From positions 7,254,001-7,318,000 of the forward strand of contig JAWMAR010000070.1 in assembly GCA_036785375.1 (NCBI GenBank): 64,000 nucleotides of DNA. The letters run 5' to 3'. Shown in pieces: positions 25,001 to 37,599 of the stretch (position 1 is the stretch's first letter; each line of letters begins with the position of its first letter). The notes under the pieces are model-generated. The model did no database searches. It saw nothing but the letters and a program-made list of their open reading frames with translations, and was not told the origin of the DNA. Both the position numbers and the translations under genes were made by a program. Source of the DNA: Leucoraja ocellata. Its lineage: Eukaryota.

Positions 25001-25781
25001 ATCACTCAGGGGGCTCCACTCCATTGCTAGTGTTGGGACTGAGGACTTGGCAAACCAGCACACACTGGGAGCAGAAGGTGGGGACACGGGAGAGTAGGAA
25101 CATCATCTCAACAGAGTTCCAGCAACCTTCAACTGAAGATGGACACAGAGTGCAGGAGTAACTCAGCGGGTCAGGCAGCATCTGTGGAGAACATGGATAG
25201 GTGACGTTTCACAAAGTGCTGGAGTAACTCAGCGGGTCAGGCAGCATTTATGGAGCTAAGGAAATAGGCAACGTTTCGGGCCGAAACCCTTCCGGCCCGA
25301 AACGTTGCCTATTTCCAGAAGGGTTTCGGCCCGAAATGTTGCCTATTTCCTTAGCTCCATAGATGCTGCTGCACCATAACTCAGCGGATCAGGCAGCATC
25401 TGTGGAGAACATGGATAGGTGACGTTTCACAGAGTGCTGGAGTAACTCAGCGGGTCAGGCAGCATCTGTGGAGAACATGGATAGGTGACGTTTCACAGAG
25501 TGCTGGAGTAACTCAGCGGGTCAGGCAGCATCTGTGGAGAACATGGATAGGTGACGTTTCACAAAGTGCTGAAGTATCACAGCGGGTCAGGCAGCATCTC
25601 TGGAGATTAAGGTTAGATAGAGTCGAGACCATTCAGACACCTTTATAATAAAACGTGAGAAACAATTTAACCTGTTCTCATCATTTAATGTCTAAACCTA
25701 ATTCATTCAAAAAGCATTCCAATATCAAAAGGAATTAAACAACAAAAGACTCTTACCTGTTCCAAGAAGTAGCTTTGCCAT
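16048..25781 (-). CDS. chia: Acidic-mammalian-chitinase-like GH18 chitinase with one CBM14 domain (11 coding exons, 477 aa)
   Basis: Exons: 25781-25757, 23996-23967, 23872-23671, 22822-22766, 21815-21650, 20951-20827, 19937-19811, 19126-18944, 18229-18113, 16895-16757, 16310-16048. All introns are GT-AG and the frame is open (1434 nt). Motifs: MAKLLLGT signal start, [20 protein letters not shown], intact [23 protein letters not shown], Gly/Ser linker, CBM14 ending CKCCNWP. Confidence 0.92.
21121..21590 (+). repeat. Composite tandem array of 66-bp units with embedded palindromic element (similar arrays at 25140-25610, 27100-27660 minus, 30200-30620, 34550-35190, 37040-37400 minus)
   Basis: Unit gtgctggagtaactcagcgggtcaggcagcatctgtggagaacatggataggtgacgtttcacaga; the embedded hairpin is built on ggaaataggcaacgtttcgggccgaaaccc. 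Confidence 0.85.
24185..24690 (+). mobile_element. Young CR1-type LINE 3' fragment (intronic, antisense to chia)
   Basis: Open frame [14 protein letters not shown]...[18 protein letters not shown]; near-identical to 61697-62168. Confidence 0.9.
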
Positions 25782-25814
25782 CTTGTTACTGTTGCTGACT
25801 AGACCTGAGCTGCC

Positions 25815-25940
25815 TCTTTTATACAATGAGCTTATCACGAACAATAATCCAATGTGTTTGTCGTTCCCTTTATCAGAGTGAAAGGGCAGTCACGATGATC
25901 CTCCTGCTATTTACAAAGGGAAAATAATAGTTCTTATCTT
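25815..25940 (-). promoter_or_regulatory. chia promoter: TATA box and GATA sites
   Basis: TATAAAA on the minus strand at 25817-25823, ~36 bp upstream of the ATG. GATAA motifs near 25831, 25869 and 25934. Confidence 0.55.
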
Positions 25941-26339
25941 GACTTCAATATTTTCTCTTCAATGTCATTCAGATTGTTCACCTTCATTTTCACCTCAATT
26001 TTGTTCCTGAGCCTGGTATGGAAAAAACATAGAAAATAGGTGCAGGAGTAGGCCATTCCATGAATTGGCCTCCACTGCCATCTGTGGCAGAGAATTCCAC
26101 AGATTCACAACTCTCTGGGTGAAAAATATTCTCCTCATCACTGTCCTAAATGGCCTTCCCTCTCCTTCACCTACTTAGTTTAGAGATACAGCATGGAAAC
26201 AGGCCCCATCGGCACGCCGGGACCACGGCAACCAGCGATCATGCGTTCACAGTAGATCGATGTTTTCCCACTTTCTCATCCACTCCCTACTCACTAGGGT
26301 GCAATTTACAGAGGGTCATTTTTCCTACAAACATAGAAA

Positions 26340-26870
26340 TATAGAAATTAGGTGCAGGAGTAGAGGCCATTAGGCCCTTCGAGCCTGCACCGCCATTCAA
26401 TATGATCATGGCTGATCATCCAACTCAGTATCCCGTACCTGCCTTCTCTCCATACCCCCTGATCCCCTTAGCCACAAGGGCCACATCCAACTCCCTCTTA
26501 AATATAGCCAATGAACTGGCCTCGACTACCCTCTGTGGCAGAGAGTTCCAGAGATTCACCACTCTCTGTGTGAAAAAAGTTCTTCTCATCTCGGTTTTAA
26601 AGGATTTCCCCCTTATCCTTAAGCTGTGACCCCTTGTCCTGGCCTTCCTCAACATCGGGAACAATCTTCCTGCATCTAGCCTGTCCAACTCCTTAAGAAT
26701 TTTGTAAGTTTCTATAAGATCCCCTCTCAATCTCCTAAATTCTACAGAGTATAAACCAAGTCTATCCAGTCTTTCTTCATAAGACAGTCCTGACATCCCA
26801 GGAATCAGTCTGGTGAACCTTCTCTGCACTCCCTCTATGGCAATAATGTCCTTCCTCAGATTTGGAGACC
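26340..26870 (-). mobile_element. Young CR1-type LINE 3' fragment
   Basis: [25 protein letters not shown]...; near-identical to 37913-38390 and 62760-63190. Confidence 0.9.
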
Positions 26871-29384
26871 AAACCCGCACGTCTTTAGGATATGGGAGGA
26901 AAATGGAGTACCTGGAGAAAGCCCATGCAGTCACAGAACAAATGTGTAAACTCCATACAGACAGCTCCCGAGGTCAGGATTGAACCCAGGTCTCTGGCGC
27001 TGTTAGGCAGCGGTTCTACCAGTTCACCACCGAGTTGCTATTCTATTACAGCTTTCCTGCTCCACCTGCCCCCCTTACAATCAGTCTGAAGAAGAGTCTC
27101 GACCCGAAACGACACCTATCCCTTTGCTCCAGAGATGCTGCCTGACCCGCTGAGTTACTCCAGCACTCTGTGAAACGTCACCTATCCATGTTCCTCCACA
27201 GATGCTGCCTGACCCGCTGAGTTACTCCAGCACTCTGTGAAACGTCACCTATCCATGTTCTCCACAGATGCTGCCTGACCCACTGAGTTATGGTGCAGCA
27301 GCATCTATGGAGCTAAAGAAATAGGCAACGTTTCAGGCCGAAACACTTCTGGAAATAGGCAACGTTTCGGGCCGAAACCCGGAAGGGTTTCGGCCCGAAA
27401 CGTTACCTATTTCCTTAGCTCCATAGATGCTGCTGCACCCGCTGAGTTACTCCAGCACTCTGTGAAACGTCACCTATCCATGTTCCTCCACAGATGCTGC
27501 CTGACCCGCTGAGTTACTCCAGCACTCTGTGAAACGTCACCTATCCATGTTCTCTACAGATGCTGCCTGACCCGCTGAGTTACTCCAGCACTCTGTGAAA
27601 CGTCACCTATCCATGTTCTCCACAGATGCTGCCTGACCCGCTGAGTTACTCCAGCACTTTGTGACTTTTAAAATAATTAAATCCAGCATTAGTTTTCCAT
27701 TTCCATGTTGCCCATTGAACACATTTGAGTCAGTGTCCCTACACTGAGTTGATATCACCGTCTATCTGCTCCTCTCTCTCCTCCCCATCACCAGCACGTG
27801 AAACCAATCTCTCGCCCACCAATTCCCCTCTCTCTGTTCATAGGTTCTAGGAGCAGAATTAGGCCATTCGGCCCATCAAGTCTACTCCGCCATTCAATCA
27901 TGGCTGATCTATCTCTCCCTCCCAACCCCATTCTCCTGCCTTCTCCCCATAACCCCTGAGACCCAGACTAATCAAGAACCTGCCAAACTGCACTTTAAAA
28001 ATACCCAATGACTTGTGGCCTCCACAGCCACCTGTGGCAAAGAATTCCACAGATTCACCACCCTCTGACCAAATAAATTCCTCCTCATCTTCTTTCTAAA
28101 GCTACGTCCTTTTATTCTAAGGCTGTGCCCTCTGGTCCTAGACTCTCCCACTAGTGGAAACATCCTCCCCACATCCATTCCATATCCAAGCCTTTTACTA
28201 TTCGGTAAGTTTCAATGAGGTCCCCTCATCCTTCTAAACTCAAGCGAGAACAGACCCAGTGCCTTCAAATGCTCATCATACGTTAACCATGATCCATATG
28301 CCTCCACTCCATGTGCCTGCCTAATCACCACTATCATATGTGCCTCCACCACCACCCCTGGCAGAATTCTTCAGGCACCCACCACCCTCTGTGGAAAATA
28401 AATCTACCCCACACATCTCCTTTAAACTTGCCCCCCTCATTTTAAAGCTATGCACTTAATATAAAATTCTTAAGGGATTGGACAGGCTAGATGCAGAAAA
28501 AAAATTCCCAATGTTGGGGGGAGACCAGAACCAGGGGTCACAGTTTATGAATAAGGGGTTGGCCATTTAGGACTGAGATGAGTTTGCACATTTTTCCTGT
28601 GACTGCATGGGGTTTCTCCAGGCGCTCTGGTTTCCTCCCACATCCCAAAGACGTGCTGGTTTGTGGGCCAATTGACCCTCTGTAAATTGCTCCTAGTGCG
28701 TAGGGAGTGGATGACAAACTGGAAAAACCGATCCACTGTGGACGGGTGATCGCTGGTCGGCGTGGACACGATGGGTTGAAGGGCCTGTTTCCATGCTGCA
28801 TCTCTAAACCAAGTTAGTGAAGGAGAGGGTAGAATAAGGGGTCGGCCATTTAGCACTGAGATGAGGAAAACGTTTTCCACCCAGAGAGTTGCGAATCTGT
28901 GGAATTCTCTGCCACAGAAGGCAGTGGAGGCCAGTTCACTGGATGTTTTCAAGAGAGAGTTAGATAGAGCTCTAAGGGCTAATGGAATCAAGGGATAAAT
29001 GGGGAGAAAGCAGGAATGGGGTACTGATTGGGGATGATCAGCCATGATCATATTGAATGGCGGTGCTGGCTCGAAGGGCCGAATGGCCTACTCCTGCACC
29101 TATTTTCTGTGGGGGGTTTTTTTCTCTGGCACGTGCAGAAAAGTTGTTTAGTTCTTATCGTTTCAGCAAACTTGTGAATGGAATAAATTGGCACATGTTT
29201 GTCAAGAATAAAGGAAAGACCTTGGGGCTGAGTTGATAGATGCGAGTAATCTGGTGAAAGAATCACATGCCCACTTTTGCGTAAGCTGCAAGATATCCTT
29301 TGCAAATAATGAAATGACGACATAAAACCCAACCTCTCACTGTATCTTGGTACATGTAACAATAATAATGTGCACCACCAATAA

Positions 29385-30035
29385 CAACTTAAGGTTGAGG
29401 CTACAGCAAGATAGCACACCAACGACTCTACTTCCTTAGAAGCCTTAGGAAGTTTGGCATCTCCCCTACAACTACAGATGCACCACAAAAAGCATTTTAT
29501 CGCGATGCATCACAGCAATGTTTGGGAACGGCTCCATCCAAGACCGCAAGAAATTGCAGCAAATTGTGGGCGCAGCCCAGACCGTCACGCAAACCAACCT
29601 CCCTTCCATCGACTCCATTTATACCTCACGCTGCCTCGGCAAGGCCAGCAGCATCATCAAGGACCAGTCTCACCCCCTGGTCACTCCCTCGTCTCCCCAC
29701 TCTCATCAGGCAAAAGGTACAGAAGTGTGAAATCGCACGCACACACCTCCAGATTCAGGGACAGTTTCTTCCCAGCTGTTATCAGGCAACTGAATCATCC
29801 TATCGCAACTAGAGAGCAGTGCTGTACTAGTATCGACCTCATTGGTGACCCTCGGACTATCTTTGATCGGACTTTGCTGGCTTTACCTTGCACTAAACAT
29901 TATTCCCTTATCATGTATCTGTACACTGTGGATGGCTCGATTGTAATCATGTATTGTCTTTCCACTTTCTGGTTAGCAAGTAACAAAAGCTTTTCACTGT
30001 ACCTCGGTACACGTGACAATAAACTGAACTGAACT
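29385..30035 (+). mobile_element. Rex1/Babar-like LINE 3' fragment
   Basis: [26 protein letters not shown] and TSRFRDSFFPAVIRQLN, followed by 3' UTR and aactg tail. Confidence 0.75.
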
Positions 30036-33000
30036 GAACTTCTTTGAGTGTTGACCATAATGGGTGAACCATGGAGATAACTCAACATGACCAACTTCCT
30101 TGGTTTTAAGCTTTAATGCTCATTTGGCCTCATCCAAGAGATATCTTTGGCAGAAACAAGGAAGTGAAGATACTGGTTAATACACAAAAGGACACAAACT
30201 GCTAGAGTAACTCAGCAGGTCAGGCAGTATCTGTGGAGAACATGGATAGGTGACGTTTCACAGAGTGCTGGAGTAACTCAACGGGTCAGGCAGCATTTAT
30301 GGAGCTAAGGAAATAGGCAACGTTTCGGGCCGAAACCCTTCCGGGTTTCGGCCCGAAACGTTGCCTATTTCCAGAAGGGTTTCGGCCCGAAACGTTGCCT
30401 ATTTCCTTAGCTCCATAGATGCTGCTGCACCATAACTCAGCGGGTCAGGCAGCATCTGTGGAGAACATGGATAGGTGACGTTTCACAGAGTGCTGGAGTA
30501 ACTCAGCGGGTCAGGCAGCATCTGTGGAGAACATGGATAGGTGACGTTTCACAGAGTGCTGGAGTAACTCAGCAGGTCAGGCAGCATCTTCGGGGAACAT
30601 GGATAGGTGACATTTCGGGCCGGGATCTTTCTTCAGACTGATTGTAGGGGGAGGAGAAAGCTAGAAGAGGGGAGAGGCAGAACAACGAGTGGCAGGTAAT
30701 AGATGGACACAGGCAAGGAAGGTTTTTGATAGGCAGATGTTTGGAACAAAGGCCAGCGATAAAAGCAGAAGGTGTGCAACAGGACGAGGAGTTGCAATTG
30801 TGAAGCTAGAGGGAGGAAAGTGACAGGAGGGGAGGGGAGGGAATGGAGGGGAGAATTAGGTAGGAGTCCTGGTGGGGCACAAGGAGGAGGGGGACAGGGG
30901 GTAGAAAGGGGAGGGTATGGGGGAGAAGGGAGGGCGAGTTTGGAATTGTGGCCTACTTACCTGGGAAAAGATGGATCAGCTTTAGAGTGGTACACCGCAA
31001 CGGTTCACCAGACACAACACAGGAGATGCTGGAATCCTGAGCAAAATGCAAAGTGTTGGAGGAACTCAGTGGGTCAGGCAGCATCTGTGGAAGGAAATGG
31101 ACAGGCGACCATTTGGATGGGGACCCTTCTTCAAACTGATGAAGAAGGCTCCTGACCATTCCGTCCACAGATGCTGCCCGACCCGCTGAGTTCTCCCAGC
31201 ACTTTGTTTCATGTTCAACAAACTGAGATACTTGATACCGTGAGGGATATAGTGTTACAATAGGATGGTAGGGTTCAGCGGTAGAGTTGCTGCCTCGCAG
31301 TCCGTGCAGCGCCGGAGACCTGGGTTCGATCCCGACTACGGGCGCTGTCTTTACGGAGTTTGTACGTTCTCCTCGTGACTGCCGTGGGATTTCTCCAAGA
31401 TCTTCGGTTTCCTCCCACACTCCAAGGACGTGCAGGTTTGTAAGTTATTTGGCTTGGTAAATGTGAAAATTGTCCCTAGTGTGTGTAGGATAGCGTTAAT
31501 ATGCAGGGATTGCTGGTTGGTGCGGACTCAGTGGGCCGAAGGGCCTGTTTCAGCGCTGTACCTCTAAACTAAACTGCAGAGAAACTGCAGGTAAAAAAAG
31601 TTCAAGGGTTACAATGAGGTAGATAGGAAGATCGGGAATTCATCCCTAATATATGAGAGGTATGTTCCAGTGCCTGGTTCAGAGGGAAAGAACTGTTCTT
31701 GGACCTGGTAGTACATGCTTGCCTTTGTGTCTTCTGCAGATCTCACGACCTTTTGTAATCACCAACCAGCGATCGTGCCGTATACTAACATTATCCCACA
31801 CACTAGGGACAATTTTACCAAAAACAATTACCCTGCAAAGCAACAATCACCCATATACTTGTTCTATCCCACACTCTGGGGACAATTTACAAAAGCTAAT
31901 TAACCTACAAGCCTGCACGTCTTTGGAGTGTGGGGGGAAACCTGAGCACCCAGAGAAAACCCATGTGGTCACGGGGAGAACGTACCAACTCCGTATGGAC
32001 AGCACCTGTAGTCAGGATCGAACCCTTGTCTCTGGCGCTGTGAGGCAGCAACTCTACCACTACGCCACTGTGCCACCCACTGTGTGTTGGTACATGTTCT
32101 TTTTTGTATCTTCTGCAGATCAAGTCTCACAACGACAACTGGGGGATTTAAATCCTGTTAAATAAGTCAATCTACAATTATAAGAGAAGTCCACTTCAGT
32201 CACTGCGATCATGAAAATCGAAATCATTTAGCGTAGGTCCCTTGTCCCCCCTTACCTGGTCTACAGGTGTCTCCAGTTGCACCAACGTTGGTCTCTTGTC
32301 CAGTCGGGACAACTATGGGTGGACGGCTGCTGTTGGCGATGTCCACCGTCTCCACAAAGACTCCACCGATGTCCAGCTGGAGATCAGGAGGAAGCAGAGG
32401 GAGCCTGGAGGGAGGTGCCCAACGTCGGGTGAACAGAGAGCGAGAGTCTGAGCCTTGGTCAGATGGACGAGGGTTTTGTAAAGATTGGGGATGCGGCAAT
32501 GACCAAGCGTGAGGAACAAGCCTCAGCTGACTGTGTGTGTCAACCTAACCACATCCTGCAGCAACATCTAGATGCTCAACAACAACAGTCACATCGCAAC
32601 CACATTGCAACACAGTTGGTTTGGTTTGGGTTAGTTTAGTTTATTATCACGTGTACCGAGGTACAGTGAAAAGCTTTTGTTGCGCGCTAACCGTCAGCGG
32701 AAGGACGATTCACGATTACAATCGAACCGTCCACAGTGTACAAATACAGGATAAAGGGAAAAACAGGCCCTTCAGCCCATCGAGTCCGCGCCTACCAACA
32801 ATCACCCGGCCACTGCTCAGGACAATTTACCAAAGCCAATTAATCTACAAATCTGTACGTCTTTGGAGTGTGGGAGGAAACCAGAGCACCCGGAGAAAAC
32901 CCACTCGGGTTACACAGAGAGAACGTACAAACTCCATGCAGACAGCACCCGTGGTCAGGATCAAACCCAGGCCTTTGGTGCTAGGAGGCAGCAATTCTAC

Positions 33001-33394
33001 TGCTACGCCACCGTGACTCTCATTACTCATTTTAGACATTTTCCTTTAGATTTCAGCAATTGCTTCAATGGGAGCGCAGCCAGGAATCCTTACTCCTCTG
33101 ATGATAAGACGCAAAGTGCTGGAGTAACTTAGTGGGTCAGGCAGCATCTCTGGAGAGAAAGGATGGGTGGCGTTTGCGGTTAGAACCCTTTTTCAGACCC
33201 AGTCGGAAGAAAGGTCGTGACCCGAAATGTCTGAAGAAGGGTTCCAACCAGAAACGCCACCCATCCTTTTCCTCCAGAGATGCTGCCTGTCCCGCTGAGT
33301 TACTCCAGCACCTTGTGTCTATCTTTGGTATAAACCAGCATCTACAGTTCTTTGTTTCTACAGCCTCAGTCATGTGCTAGGTAGAACAAGTTGT

Positions 33395-33765
33395 CTGAAA
33401 ATAGTGAAAGGCCTGGATAGAGTGGATGTGGAGAGGGTGTTTCCACTAGTGGGAGAGTCTAAGACTAGAGGTCTTAGCCTCAGAATTAAAGGACTTTCCT
33501 TTAAGAAGGAGATGAGGAGGAACCTCTTTAGTCAAAGGTTGGAGAATCTGTGGAATTCTTTGCCACAGACGGCTGTGGAGCACAAGCCCAAGTCAATGGA
33601 TATTTTAAAGCAGAGATAGATAGATTTTTGATTAGTACGGGTGTCGGGTTACAGGGAGAAAGCAGGAGAATGGGGTTAGGAGGGAGAGATAGATCAGCCA
33701 TGATTGAATGGCGGAGTAGACTTGATGGGCCGAATGGCCTAATTCTGCCCCGATTACTTATGACC
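33395..33765 (+). mobile_element. CR1-type LINE 3' fragment
   Basis: KGLDRVDVERVFPLVGESKTRG...NLWNSLP. Confidence 0.8.
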
Positions 33766-36700
33766 TTAAGACTGCTTAATGGTTTCAGAGATTTCACTTC
33801 ATCAAGGCCTTCTCTCTTCCTATTTCTCTTCCCAACATCACCCTGTAACATGCACTCTTTTATTTATGGGGGTGGACAGATGCAAAGTGGAAGATAAGTC
33901 ATCCAGACCTGAAATCAAGTCGAGAGTCAAGGGTGTTTCATTGTCATTTGTACTGACAAAACCACAATGAAATTCGTACTTGTGGCAGTGTAACAGGTCT
34001 GTACATATAGTGCACATAGATAATGTATAATAAGCAAAATATTCAATAAATTAATAACCCTAATAGTGCAAAAAGCCCAAAGTCCTTAGTTCATCGATTA
34101 GTGACACAAGGAACTGTAGATGCTGGAATTGTGAGCAAAAGGCACAAATTGCTGGAGTAACTCAGCAGGTCAGGCAGCGTCTCTGGAGAACATGGAAGGT
34201 CACAGTTGGGGTTGGGACCCTTCTTCAGACTGATTGGAGTAGGGGGGGAGAAAGCCGGAAGAGAGGTGGGAGTGTGATGAAGCCTGGTGAGTGATAGGTG
34301 CATCCAGCATTTTGTGTTTCCTTTTCATTTCTTTATTGCTTGACTTCCCTTGAAGGTCAATGACAAATCAGTTCCACCTTCACCAACCCTCAGCATGAAC
34401 CGGCCTCCCACACACTATTTGCCAAACGCTATTTATGACAGTGACGATTACATGGTGGGTCCGGAGGTGGAGGACAGGTGTGGATCGTGGAAAAACAAGA
34501 GTAAGTTACCATCGTCCACACCCAACGTGAAAACAATCTGAGGACAGACGCAAAATGCTGGAGTAACTCAGCAGGTCAGGCAGCATCTGTGGAGAACATG
34601 GATAGGTGACGTTTCACAGAGTGCTGGAGTAACTCAGCGGGTCAGGCAGCATCTGTGGAGAACATGGATAGGTGACGTTTCACAGAGTGCTGGAGTAACT
34701 CAGCGGGTCAGGCAGCATCTCTGGAGAACATGGATAGGTGACGTTTCACAGAGTGCTGGAGTAACTCAGCGGGTCAGGCAGCATCTGTGGAGAACATGGA
34801 TAGGTGACGTTTCACAGAGTGCTGGAGTAACTCAGCGGGTGCAGCAGCATCTATGGAGCTATGGAAATAGGCAAGGTTTCGGGCCGAAACCCTTCTGGAA
34901 ATAGGCAACGTTTTGGGCCGAAACCCGGAAGGGTTTCGGCCCGAAACGTTGCCTATTTCCTTAGCTCCATAGATGCTGCTGCACCCGCTGAGTTACTCCA
35001 GCACTCTGTGAAACGTCAACTGAAGATGCTGCTTTATGCCAGAGATAGACACAGAGTGCTGGAGTAACTCAGCGGGTCAGGCAGCATCTGTGGAGAACCT
35101 GGACAGCTACAAAGTGCTGGAGCAACTCAGCGGATCAGGCAGCATCTCTGGAGGAAAGGAATAGGTGATGTTTCGGGTCGAGACCCTTCTTCAGACCAAC
35201 CCGTTGCCTGGTGGCCAAAGTTGAAAGACATGCAATAGATCCTTCTGCTCATGAGCTGCCACAGACACAGAATAATGGGAATAATGTTTAGTGCAAGATA
35301 AAGTCCAGTAAAGTCTGATTAAAGAGAGTCCGAGGGTCTCCATCAAGGTGGGTGGTCAGTTTTGGTTATGCTGCTAGAGGAAGTTTTATCTGCAGGTTTA
35401 TAAGACATTGGTTAGGTCGCATCTGGAGTATTGTGTGCAGTTCATTTCACTCCATTACTGGAAGTATGTCTAGTTTATTTTGTTTTAGTTTAGAGATACA
35501 GCGCAGAAACAGGCCCTTTGGCTCCGACCATCGATCCCCGCACACTAACACAATGGTCGATGGACGATGACACGTTGGCCTGGCTCGCCTCAACGGAGCT
35601 GCAGGTCTAAAAGACATACGACAGATGAAGAAGAACACAATCCTACAAACACTAGGGACAATTTACACTTATACCAAGTATTCAAACCCAAACCAAGTAA
35701 TCTACAAGGAAGGGAGTGCAGGAGAACGTACAAACTCTGCACAGACAGCACTCGTAGTCAGGATCGAACCCGGGTCTATGGCGCTGTAAGGCAGCAACTC
35801 TACCACTGTGTCACCCATCAATGAGTCATAATGCATGGAAAGAGACCAAGATGTCCCATCTGCCTGTGTTCGGCCAAATATTTTTTAAACATTGCCATAG
35901 TACCTTACCTCCTCTAGTAGCTCGTTCCTAACACCCACCACCCATTGTGTAAAAATATATGGAGGCTTTGGAGAGGTTGCAGAGGTTTACTAGAATCACG
36001 CCTCGATTACAAGGAATTATCTACATGGAGAGGTGTAAGATCTGCCATAAATTGGATATTTTCCCCTTATGTTTGACCTCTCAAAGTGTAACACCTCACA
36101 CTAGCTCAAATTAAACTCCATCTGCCATTTCTCTGCCCATTTCTGTAGCTGATCTATATCCCGTTGATTATGATATATTTATCTGTATGTTTAGTTTAGT
36201 TTGGTTTGGAGATACAGTGCGGAAACAGGCCCTTCGGCCCATTGAGTCTGCGCCAACCAGCGATCACCCTGTACACTAACACTATCCTACACACACTAGA
36301 GACAGCAGTTTTACAGTTACACCAAGCCAATACACCTGTACACACCTACACACCTGTACGTCTTTGGAATGTGGGAGGAAAGCAAAGAAACCGGAGGAAA
36401 TCTAAGCAGGTCTCAGGGAGAACGTGCAAACTCCGTACAGACAGCACCCATAGTCGGGATGGAACCCGGGTCTCCGCCGCTGTGAGGCAGCAACTCTACC
36501 GCTGCACCACCGTAGCGCCCATGTGTTATTGCATTAGTTAAGCTGCAGCAAGTCAAAATGTCATTGTCCATTGTTGATATTGAGGTATGAAAGGTACAAA
36601 GAACAAACGAATGAAAGATATGAAAATAACAAATCAAAGCCAGCAATGAAGATCAAGGAAAGGTGGAGCCCACAATGGTCTATTGTTGACCGTGGGAAAA

Positions 36701-37599
36701 GGTGATAACGAGTAGATACAAACAGTGAAACTGGTAGTTTAAGAAGGAACTGCAGATGCTGGAAAAATCAAAGGTAGACAAAAATGCTGGAGAAACTCAG
36801 CGGGTGAGGCAGCATCTATGGAGCGAAGGAATAGGTGACGTTTCGGGTCGAAACCCTTCTTCAGACAGGTAGGAAGACTAGGGTGGGGGAATTAAGGAGA
36901 GAGAGGAAATGCAGGAATTACATGAAATTAGTGAAATCAATATTCATACCGCTGGGTTGTAAGTTTTCCAGTTGCCTACCATGGGTATAGAATAACTAGA
37001 TGAACGGAATGTGGAAATGAGGAACTGAAGATGGGTCCTGACCCAAAACGTCACCTATCCATGTTCTCCACAGATGCTGCCTGACCCGCTGAGTTACTCC
37101 AGCACTCTGTGAAACGTCACCTATCCATGTTCTCCACAGATGCTGCCTGACCCACTGAGTTATGGTGCAGCAGCATCTATGGAGCTAAGGAAATAGGCAA
37201 CGTTTCGGGCCGAAATCCTTCTGGAAATAGGTAACGTTTCGGGCCGAAACCCTTCCGGGTTTCGGCCCGAAACGTTGCCTATTTCCTTAGCTCCATAGAT
37301 GATGCTGCACCCGCTGAGTTACTCCAGCACTCTGTGAAACGTCACCTATCCATGTTCTCCACAGATGCTGCCTGACCCGCTGAGTTACTCCAGCACTCTG
37401 TGTCCTTTCCGGAATGATCAGATTGAGTGCGCTTTATTTGAGTATCGGGTATTTGCTTTAATATAAAGAATGTTGCTGTACCTTAGTACATGTGATAATA
37501 AAGGACCCATTGTCCCAGCGCCTCTTGTGCTAAACCTGGTAGGCACTGCCATCTTGTGGCCATAGGAAAACTGCAGTGTCAATTGCAGAATCAAAGTTA

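Noticed and set aside
34550-35190. Regular repeat arrays resembling CRISPR
   Set aside because: The context is eukaryotic, the units are contiguous tandem copies with no unique spacers, and there are no cas genes.
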